A stretch of DNA of 62,583 nt, the filler included, from Stramenopiles sp. TOSAG23-3 (taxonomy: Eukaryota), in NCBI GenBank assembly GCA_900128585.1. It is 12 parts of 12 records of this genome, joined end to end, with 100 filler letters (N's around TTAATTAATTAA, not from the genome) between each part and the next. Parts side by side here need not be neighbours in the genome. Positions count along the whole stretch, not along the records: positions 52,283 to 57,383 come from LT643609.1; positions 57,484 to 62,583 come from LT643610.1; 10 more parts are not named here. One strand, given 5' to 3'. Position numbers and translations under genes: made by a program. This document shows positions 54,430-62,583 of this stretch, piece after piece. Below the pieces are notes generated by a model, which made no database searches, had not been told where the DNA came from, and was given only the letters and a program-made list of their open reading frames with translations. Numbering within the stretch: the stretch's first letter is position 1; every line of letters starts with the position of its first letter.

Positions 54430-54930
54430 GGAAATGTAAACGCCAAAGTATGCGTTTCTCTGTAGTTCGTATTTTTTAATATCGTAAACCTGCTTGGCTA
54501 GAAGAAGAATTAATTTGAATACTCTTGTGATTCAATTCAATCATCACCACCTTCTTCTTCTTCTTCCTTTTTTCCCCTGCCTTCTTCTCGCTCTCTAATT
54601 TCATTTATTTAGATATAGGATTGATTAATAAACAACAATACAAGTTATTATAGGTATTATTTATTAATAATTTGACAAACAACAAACGTTGTCAATTCAA
54701 ATTCACGGAGAGAGAGTAAAAAAAGATATCATACAGAGAAGTACGCTCACAACTTGTCAAGATGTTTTGCATTTATGTGTTTTTTTAATTAATTTTAAAC
54801 AAAAATAACGATTCCTTCTTTTTTAACTGTTTCTTAAACACCCGCCCGAATTATATTAAAATTAATGACACAGCCCACTCTCTCTCTCTGTCCTTTTCTT
54901 CTCGTTTTCTTTGGACCGTTCGATGGGCGT

Positions 54931-56769
54931 TTACTTCGAAATGTCAAACGTAAAGAAGCGGACGGGGTTGACGTCGTCCAGGGCCATGTTGTTCAAAACG
55001 ACGGTGTTTCCCTTTACGGTGGTATCCACGCCAGAAGGGTTCGTGTCGCTTTTGTCGCCGATCTGTTCTGCGAAATTAGACAGTTTCAGCCCGCTCGGAA
55101 TTTGCAATTGAAACGAATCGACGGTCTGCTTCGAGAATTTCCAGTGGGTCCCTGTTATGTAGATGTGGCACAACAAGTTCGAGTACCCTTTGGCGTTTGT
55201 GTTCAAGACAACAAAGACGAGCTTGTCGGGCGTTCGAATCGCATCGTGCAGGGTGACGTTTCCTTTCGCGCTGGTCTGCACAGTTGCCCCGCCAATGGTA
55301 CCCTGTCGAAAGGTCTCTCGAAGGGCCTTGATCGTGGTCAGGACACGCTTTATGGGGGCCAGCTGGGCGCTCCCCTGGTCGGTGATCATTTGCTCCTCCG
55401 ACTGAAACAACGTCACGCCCTTTCCACCGGCCAGGACGGTCATGGCCATCTGAGCCGCTATTTCGGGTCCGTGGGCCTGGTACGACCATGCGTGCGAGTA
55501 GAACTGGGAGTACAGCCACGTCGGAAGGGGCATGTGGTTGTCGCGCGTGTTTTTCAAGTAAAGGTACGGGTACGCGATTGGGAGAGGGTCGATGACGGGA
55601 ACGATCGTCGGGGCGCAGGCCCCAATGTAAGCGTCCATCCCTTGAACGTCCGTGATGCCACTGTACGATCCAATGTGGCCGTTTGTTTTTCCCCCTTGGA
55701 ACGTCGGAATTTCGGGCCAGTTCTTGTTGGAGATGACGGGGTCCGTGGTGCGCAAATTGCTTCCCATGCTGCCGTCCACCTCGTCCCCAATGTACGCGCC
55801 GGATATCTTGCTGCGGTTCTTTGCGGCGGCGATGAATTTCGTCTGCAACAGCAAGCTCATGGGCAAGTCCTTCTCCGCCAACGCGTCCGCGACGTCGGAC
55901 GGGTCCCCGCACTTGTTATGGTGCGAGGTAAGGAACACGGTGTCTATGCCTAGGTCTTGGATCTGGGAGACTGCCGTTTTCTGGGCGCCGGGCGCGCCGA
56001 CGACCGGGCAATCCTCGCTGTAGGGCCAGACTTCAATAGGGAACACCTCTGGAATTACTCTTCCCCCCCACGCGACGTTCTCCGACGGCAACGCGACGCT
56101 CCAAATTCGCCCCGGCGCCAAGCGGGTCGCTTGGGTGAAGTTTGCAATGTGGGTCCCGTTTGCCTCTACCGTAATGGGCCGGTTCGATATTATCTGCCCA
56201 TTGATGGTGTACGAGCTTAAGGTAACGCTGGAGCCACGGTTGTTCTGAAAGTGCACTACGAAGTCCATCCCGTCGTTCCGGGTTGTAGCGTACGTCACCA
56301 GGACGCTGGGCTTCGGGGAGACCGTCACTTTCCCAGAAAAGCACTTGCCGCCGTCGTCCGACACGTCGACCGAGAGTTTGGGCGACCCCGAAGAGTCGAG
56401 CCAGTCCCTGTTGCGGGAGTGAAAACTCATCCACGCAACGTTGCTCTGCTCGTCGTGGTGTATGCGGGACCAGTCAAAGTACGTAAAGTCTGGGTCGTCG
56501 TTTCCGGAAGGGTCGAAAGGAAGGTTCATTGCCTCTTGCCCGTTAACCTTGACAGACTTTATGGCACTCCCGTTGCAGGCCGAACCCTGCAGAACTAGGT
56601 GGACGCGCCCGCCGTCCAGGGGGACCGGGTACTCGCTCAGCGCTTCGCGGTACTTTTTCAGATAATAGTCCTTTCGGTATGACCCAAACAAAGTGGGCGC
56701 AGCGTCCGTAAGGGCAACGACGCTGACCAGGACGCTCGAAAGGAGCGACAAGTACACGCGGTTCTTCAT
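54931..56769 (-). CDS. Secreted hypothetical protein, possible glycoside-hydrolase-like TIM barrel
   Basis: Signal peptide; LGIDTVF, YIGDEVD, DVQGMDAY, AGGKGVTLF resemble GH-like barrel motifs. Confidence 0.65.
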   Translation of the reverse strand: MKNRVYLSLLSSVLVSVVALTDAAPTLFGSYRKDYYLKKYREALSEYPVPLDGGRVHLVLQGSACNGSAIKSVKVNGQEAMNLPFDPSGNDDPDFTYFDWSRIHHDEQSNVAWMSFHSRNRDWLDSSGSPKLSVDVSDDGGKCFSGKVTVSPKPSVLVTYATTRNDGMDFVVHFQNNRGSSVTLSSYTINGQIISNRPITVEANGTHIANFTQATRLAPGRIWSVALPSENVAWGGRVIPEVFPIEVWPYSEDCPVVGAPGAQKTAVSQIQDLGIDTVFLTSHHNKCGDPSDVADALAEKDLPMSLLLQTKFIAAAKNRSKISGAYIGDEVDGSMGSNLRTTDPVISNKNWPEIPTFQGGKTNGHIGSYSGITDVQGMDAYIGACAPTIVPVIDPLPIAYPYLYLKNTRDNHMPLPTWLYSQFYSHAWSYQAHGPEIAAQMAMTVLAGGKGVTLFQSEEQMITDQGSAQLAPIKRVLTTIKALRETFRQGTIGGATVQTSAKGNVTLHDAIRTPDKLVFVVLNTNAKGYSNLLCHIYITGTHWKFSKQTVDSFQLQIPSGLKLSNFAEQIGDKSDTNPSGVDTTVKGNTVVLNNMALDDVNPVRFFTFDISK

Positions 56770-57140
56770 TGGTCTGTTGAGTTAATGGTGATGGGCTTTT
56801 GGCTCTAGGAATATAACAATACTGTTAATCGTTATTTATCAATGAACGGTCTTTTATTCGTTGCGTGTACTTAAAACGTGATTTTCTTCTGTTCGTTTCG
56901 TTTCTATTTTTTTGTGTTGTTTTGGTAAAAAGATATAAAATCCACGTAGAAGAAGAAGAAAAGAAAGAAGAAGATCGAACGAACGAAAAAAAAAAAAAGC
57001 AAAAAAGAAGAAGAAAAACGTGCTGACTCGAATATATAGGTCTACCAGGTATTATACGAAGTACGAAGAAGAAGAATTAAATGGATGGATGGATGGATGG
57101 ATAGGGACAGAATAGGAATAGGGATAATAATAATAGGAAT

Positions 57141-57375
57141 AGAAAAAAGAAGAAGAAAAGAAGAAGAAAAGAAAAAGAAAAGAAAAAAAGAAAAGAAAAG
57201 AAAAGAAAAGAAAAGAAAAGAAAAGAAAAAGAAAAGAAAAGAAAAGAAAAGAAAAAGAAAAGAAAAGAAAAGAAAAGAAAAGAAAAAGAAAAGAAAAGAA
57301 AAGAAAAAGAAAAGAAAAGAAAAGAAAAGAAAAGAAAAGAAGAAAAGAAGAAAAGAAGAAGAAAAGAAAGAGAAA
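57141..57375. repeat. (GAAAA)n polypurine microsatellite
   Basis: About 230 bp of GAAAA/GAAAAA units at a contig end. Confidence 0.95.
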
Positions 57376-59087
57376 TGAATAATNNNNNNNNNNNNNNNNN
57401 NNNNNNNNNNNNNNNNNNNNNNNNNNNTTAATTAATTAANNNNNNNNNNNNNNNNNNNNNNNNNNNNNNNNNNNNNNNNNNNNTAATACATCATTCAGTC
57501 CTTCAAAAAAAAACAAAAAATACTAAAATATAATACAGTATCATCATCCATCACTCACGTCTATTATTATTTTTTTTGTTGTGTTTTTTTTTATAATATT
57601 TTTTTTTATTACACCACCTGTAGTATGTGGAAGAAGAAGATATTTAGAAGAACGACTACGTACCGGTAGTACCTTCCTCGATTATAAAATATTCATAATG
57701 ATGATGATGGAATGATGATGATATGGTTATTGTTTTTTTGTCGTCGCTTCTTCTTTTTCTTTGTTGACGCTTGTTGTTGCTGTTGCTTCTACCTTCTTCT
57801 ATCAATTTGTAGTTAATTTATCTATTTAGATGTTTTCTTTCCTAATCAACAATTGTTTGTGCTGGTCGGAACACCATACTTCTTATTGTATTATGTCTAT
57901 CACATCAACAAGAACACTACGATATAATTACATTACTTTTATAGAAGTACAATCGGCTACTGAAAATAATTTGTTTGATCAAATAAAATAACAATGTGAT
58001 GATGATAAATAATGGTGTGGTGAGTGAGATAGATAGATCACTAACTAAAAGAAAACACCAAATGACACAATCTATGGTTCAGAATTCTGTATTTTTCCTT
58101 CTCACATAGGAATTTCGTAGTTAATACTTTAGTTTAAAACAAGACCAATTTTAAATCAGAAATGGGTGTTCAAGGTTAAGAACATGAAACGTACAAATAT
58201 CATCATCTATGGTGTGTGCAAACCATCACAAGGATCGGAAGGGGGGAAATACAAACCCGCCTTTTTCTTTGTTACTACAGGTAACAACACTGGAATTCAC
58301 CCGATCGAGTGAAAAAAATGAAAATTTGAACTGGATAGTTCTTTGGTCGAAACCAAAAACAAGATCAATATTAAGGAATTAAAGAACTAAATTTCATAAT
58401 ATATTTATATAATATTAACACTGAAAAAGATTCTACATAATTTTATATTGTATATTTATTAACATGAAAATAAAAGATAAATTATTCTAAGGCATATTTG
58501 AAACTATTATCTAAATATATGTATAATTTGAGTATTTTCATAGGTAAAAAATAAAACAAATGTTACTTTTCTTTTTTCTCTTCTTCTTCTTTTTTTCTCA
58601 ATCAACCGTTATTATTACATTCCATTTTATTATTATTAAAAAAAGGATGCACTCTGTAGCCCGCGTAGCAAATAGAAGAAACAGGGGAACAACACAAAGA
58701 GAACAACGACTCAAACAAAAATATTGCATGTGGTACCAACGTACCCGTTCGAACCCTGTACGGGTATATAATAATACCGTAGTGTGTAATTAGTAGTACT
58801 ACACTTCATCACAAATTTATTATTATTTTTTTTTATATTATTATTATTTGAACAACAAAACAATTACTGCTCCCATTCGATTGCTCAAACAACAAGTACA
58901 GGGTGGGTTATTACTTAACATTTTAATGGGCCATGGCATTAACAATTAGGTAGGAACATGTTCCCTTCCGTTTCAGTATGTGGTTGGCCCAGTTTAAATC
59001 ACAAAACATTCTACACGTCTATTTTACTAAAGCGGGAGAAAGTTTGGTTCGAAACAGTCACGGGGTTTTGAATTGGGGTTCTGAACT

Positions 59088-60398
59088 ATGAGCAAGAAAG
59101 TCGACTTATCCGCATATTACGACAAGAAGAACGCCAAGAAAGAGAGAGAGCCGGATTTGAGTTGGCATGTCGTGGTTGTGGGTGATCCCAAATGTGGAAA
59201 ATCTGCTATTGTCGACCAACTATGTTATGGAAAGTGGAGAGACCTAGAGGCAGAAGCACTTGAGCGTGCAAAACGACAAAAGGGGAAAGATAAAAATAAG
59301 CCGCCCGTAAAACGGCGCGCAGACCAGTGGCGTTGGGACGCCGGCGCGCTTGAAGTTTACTGGGACCCGAAAGGTGGGTGCCATTGGGAAGAAACAATCG
59401 ATTTCGATGCATTTGATAGGATAGAAGGGAACAAACTCGTTCGCGTTAGGTTTTTGGACTGCGTAGACAAATATCCTACCGAGACTGCCAGGCGCGCATA
59501 CTATCGTGCCGCGCAGGGGGCAATTGTTGTTTATGCTGTTGACAAGCGAGAAAGCTACACCCATGCTGTTGATAAATGGATGGAAGAAGTCGAAGCGTAT
59601 TGCTGGGAACGTGGCCGTGGTCGTTATGGTGATGTTGCTATGGGTAGACCGGGCTATGCCCTTAGTGCCATCTCGGGTTATTGCCAAGGCTTTGAAACCT
59701 TCGTGGCTGCAATGCTCGTGGGTAACAAAAAGGACAGGGAAGAAGATAAGAGGCAGGATGAAATTGAAAAAGAGGCAGAGGAGCAGACAAGAGAGCATGA
59801 GCCCATTACCGATTGGGAAATCGACATGGCATTGGATATGGTTGAGAAGATATCAAATGGGGAACAGCCATTGGAGCAAATCGATGAGAAGATATACCCA
59901 GAAGAATGGGACGGGCGTGGCGACGATGACGTTGCAACGATAGTGGATTCAATTTTTGACCAACGACACCCAGAGAGAAACAGCGCCATATTGACAGAAG
60001 AGGACAATGAAGTAGGGGAATGGTTGGTCCTTCAAAAAGGTGTTGCGAAATTAAAAGCGGAGGATTGGCAAAAACCGCCACCCGATAATACGCTTCCAGG
60101 GCATCGTGAGGTGTCGACAGATGAAGCAAAAGCTTATGCTGACAGCCGAGGGTCCCTCTTCTATGAAACTTCGCCAAAAATAGACTCGGACATAAATCGA
60201 AATAGAACAAAAAACACAGTGACGGGAGTTTACACAGTTCATTCCACGGTAAAGGAAGCCGCGAACCTCTTGATTGACCAACTGATGGCGGCGTACCAGG
60301 CTGATCCCTCCGTGTACGACAAGCCAGAAGAAGACGAGTACCAGCCCGGCGAGGAATATGCTGAACAAGAAGGCGAAAACCAAGAAGCGTACTATTAA
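59088..60398 (+). CDS. Divergent Rab/Ras-like small GTPase with large insertions
   Basis: VVVVGDPKCGKS (G1), YYRAAQGAIVVY, LVGNKKD (G4), REVSTDEAKAYA...FYETSPK (G5). Confidence 0.85.
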   Translation: MSKKVDLSAYYDKKNAKKEREPDLSWHVVVVGDPKCGKSAIVDQLCYGKWRDLEAEALERAKRQKGKDKNKPPVKRRADQWRWDAGALEVYWDPKGGCHWEETIDFDAFDRIEGNKLVRVRFLDCVDKYPTETARRAYYRAAQGAIVVYAVDKRESYTHAVDKWMEEVEAYCWERGRGRYGDVAMGRPGYALSAISGYCQGFETFVAAMLVGNKKDREEDKRQDEIEKEAEEQTREHEPITDWEIDMALDMVEKISNGEQPLEQIDEKIYPEEWDGRGDDDVATIVDSIFDQRHPERNSAILTEEDNEVGEWLVLQKGVAKLKAEDWQKPPPDNTLPGHREVSTDEAKAYADSRGSLFYETSPKIDSDINRNRTKNTVTGVYTVHSTVKEAANLLIDQLMAAYQADPSVYDKPEEDEYQPGEEYAEQEGENQEAYY

Positions 60399-60663
60399 AT
60401 TTAGTGGAAATTTTATTGTAATATAAAAAAGAAGGAATAAATAGTACGTTATTTCAAATAAAACATTGCAAAAATATCTACACTAGATTATGATGACACA
60501 GTATGATTTAATGTGGTGTTATTTAGTGGACAAAAGGAATAGAGATTCATTTTCGCGGTTTATGAGAAATATAAATTATAATTACCTTAATTCACAGGGC
60601 AAATTTTTTGTTTTTATTTTATGCAACTCCGTCAGCACACGTTATATTTCATGCGCTCCATTT

Positions 60664-62583
60664 TCACAGCGAAAAATCGGCGGCGGCGCCGACTTCATCG
60701 TCTGTGCTGCTATCTTCGATGGCACGTTTCGGCATCGGAATCTTCTTCTTGATCTGCTTTGGAATCGGGCTAGCGCTTGGGGATGGTGTCCTGCTGTCTC
60801 GGCGTTTTTTCAGCTCCGCTGAAAAATCTCGGGATCTTCTCCTGGCTTTTTCTTTTGTTTTCTTTCTCATTGCTTCAACACGCTTTTTCGCAGCTGCCCG
60901 TTTCTTTGCACGTTTCCTCGATTCCTCGTTGTCCTTTCGAGCACCTTCAAATTCTACTATAAAATCAGCAATTTTTGAGAAAAAGTCTCCAGAATTGGCA
61001 GATTCCATTTCTCCGTAGAAGGCGATTGTTTCAGCGAATGAAGTTTTTGTGTCTTCCAGCAACTGGGTCACCCGTTCCAATCGCTCTTTTTGGTCACTTG
61101 CCACGCGAGTTACCGCTTTTACAAAATCAACGCTAAGCGGAGGGGGTTTCTTTTCGGCAGTTAAGCTACTATCACTAGCTGCTGATGCTTTTGAATCGGG
61201 TTCGGGGCCTTTCTTTTGTGCTGGATCTTTATCGGGAACAAATTCTTTCTCGGCCTGATTGCTTCCATCGGATTTTGTAGCGTCTTCCTCCTTTTGCAAA
61301 GCTGCAATATCACCTTCGACACGTTTTTTCTCAGCCAGCATTTCGTCGTACCCTCGCTGCAGTTGTTTTAAGTCCGCGACCAATTGGGTCAAGACCACGG
61401 ATGCTGCACCCCTGCAATCCCCGCACTGCTCGGCCATTTTCAAAACGTCAGGCGCGCGAGAAGTCACTACTACTACAAAGTAGTGCAAGAGCGTGGTCTT
61501 TGTTCCGTAGCTTTTTACGGTTTTTAGCTTGTTCAGAACATCAATGCTTACCCCATCGGCGTCTCCATTAGCCCCACCTTCATTCAAAAAATTCCCGAGC
61601 TTCAACACCACCTCAAGGGCTTTGTGTAAAGCTTTTGCGCCACGCACTTTGCTGCACGTCTCTGATAGCATGTCTAAATCTATTTCAACATCGCGAATTG
61701 CCTCATCAAAGCGTAGTGTGTGTAGAAAACATCTAATCCGCAACGAGTACCGTGGAATTTCTCCGATTGCAAGACAGTACCGCTCCGCCTTGCCAAGGGT
61801 TTTTGCATCCTTAGGGCCATCGTATTTTTGCAGAGTTTCCAGTTCCGCTTTTGTCGGGGCTAACCCAAGCAACGAACGAAAATTTTCTGCGTCAATATCT
61901 TTTGGGTCCAACGTTGACATGCACTTTAATATGAAGTCAAATTCAAAATCACCAAATCTTGCCAACACAATAGATATGTTGTTCGCACGTGTCATATCTA
62001 AAAGTTGAACCAGGGCCTTCTTCTTCTTTTTCTTTGATCCAGCACTTTTGGAAGAAGATTTGGAACTTTTCTTTTTCGTGTCATCAACTGATATACAAAA
62101 AAGTGCCTTCATCTCCTTTATTTCACGAGAGTCTAATTCAAAAATACCACCTTTCTTGCTTTTCTTTTTTCCACGCTTCTTTCTGTTCGCAGCATTTTTC
62201 AAAATGGCTGCTGCAAGAGGGTTTCCAACACTTTCAGGCGAAGGTTTTTTGTCTTCCGCTTCTTGTCGGATTTTTTCCCATAAAGGAGACGAAGCCAGTC
62301 GCTTTTTGTTCAACTTTTTCCAATGTAATTTTTTTCGGACGAGTCCATCTTTTGGCTTTTTGGGGCCTTTCTTCGATTTCTTTTTCAACCCTTTCAGAGG
62401 ATTCTTGTCCAGTGCTAATGTCATTTTCGGAGGGGGGGATTTCGGTGCGTTTACTTTCTTTTTCGACACAAGGGGTTTCTCAGGGTCCATGTCCAACACG
62501 CTTGGGTCTACCCCATCTTTTGCCATTCGATTTTGTACAGCACCCTTTGGCAATCCTACTGCAAGCATTTTGAAATACTTTAC
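60664..62583 (-). CDS. Formin (FH2 domain), 5'-partial
   Basis: RKKLHWKKL, LLDMTRANNISIVL, VLKLGNFLN, LNKLKTVK...TTLLHY, FYGE...FF; N-terminal KYFKML.VGLP.GAV..RM..DG.DP repeat. Confidence 0.93.
   Translation of the reverse strand, partial: VKYFKMLAVGLPKGAVQNRMAKDGVDPSVLDMDPEKPLVSKKKVNAPKSPPPKMTLALDKNPLKGLKKKSKKGPKKPKDGLVRKKLHWKKLNKKRLASSPLWEKIRQEAEDKKPSPESVGNPLAAAILKNAANRKKRGKKKSKKGGIFELDSREIKEMKALFCISVDDTKKKSSKSSSKSAGSKKKKKKALVQLLDMTRANNISIVLARFGDFEFDFILKCMSTLDPKDIDAENFRSLLGLAPTKAELETLQKYDGPKDAKTLGKAERYCLAIGEIPRYSLRIRCFLHTLRFDEAIRDVEIDLDMLSETCSKVRGAKALHKALEVVLKLGNFLNEGGANGDADGVSIDVLNKLKTVKSYGTKTTLLHYFVVVVTSRAPDVLKMAEQCGDCRGAASVVLTQLVADLKQLQRGYDEMLAEKKRVEGDIAALQKEEDATKSDGSNQAEKEFVPDKDPAQKKGPEPDSKASAASDSSLTAEKKPPPLSVDFVKAVTRVASDQKERLERVTQLLEDTKTSFAETIAFYGEMESANSGDFFSKIADFIVEFEGARKDNEESRKRAKKRAAAKKRVEAMRKKTKEKARRRSRDFSAELKKRRDSRTPSPSASPIPKQIKKKIPMPKRAIEDSSTDDEVGAAADFSL

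Noticed and set aside
53287-55953. Long plus-strand ORFs of 355 and 362 aa
   Set aside because: Antisense shadows of GC-rich minus-strand genes; no recognisable motifs
57085-57378. Lys/Arg/Glu-rich ORF (also 3181-3384 and 1728-1997)
   Set aside because: Translations of polypurine microsatellites
5152-57483. Regularly spaced TTAATTAATTAA motifs and apparent gene neighbourhoods across them
   Set aside because: Artificial linkers; adjacency across them has no biological meaning, so the PLV cannot be called integrated between its apparent neighbours

Overview
Eukaryotic draft-assembly sequence, not one locus. It holds 12 unlinked contigs of about 5.1 kb (5151 down to 5100 bp, sorted by length), joined by identical artificial 100-bp linkers (44 N + TTAATTAATTAA + 44 N). 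Most contigs carry apparently intron-free, roughly GC-balanced genes between very AT-rich low-complexity spacers. The gene set suggests (by inference) a stramenopile-like protist: PH-MAPK, GYF-WW-myosin-MyTH4, kinesin-4, formin, Vps39, importin-9, RMDN, S53 peptidase and Whirly. Contig 3 (10500-15642) is the outlier: uniformly AT-rich and gene-dense. It encodes an intact Polinton-like virus (PLV)-type major capsid protein, an upstream structural ORF ending in a second capsid-like C-terminus, two matching 31-nt AT-rich intergenic hairpins, and a large internally duplicated LRR gene. Several host genes have unusual domain architectures or frameshifts. All family calls come from motif recognition by eye; no database search was run.
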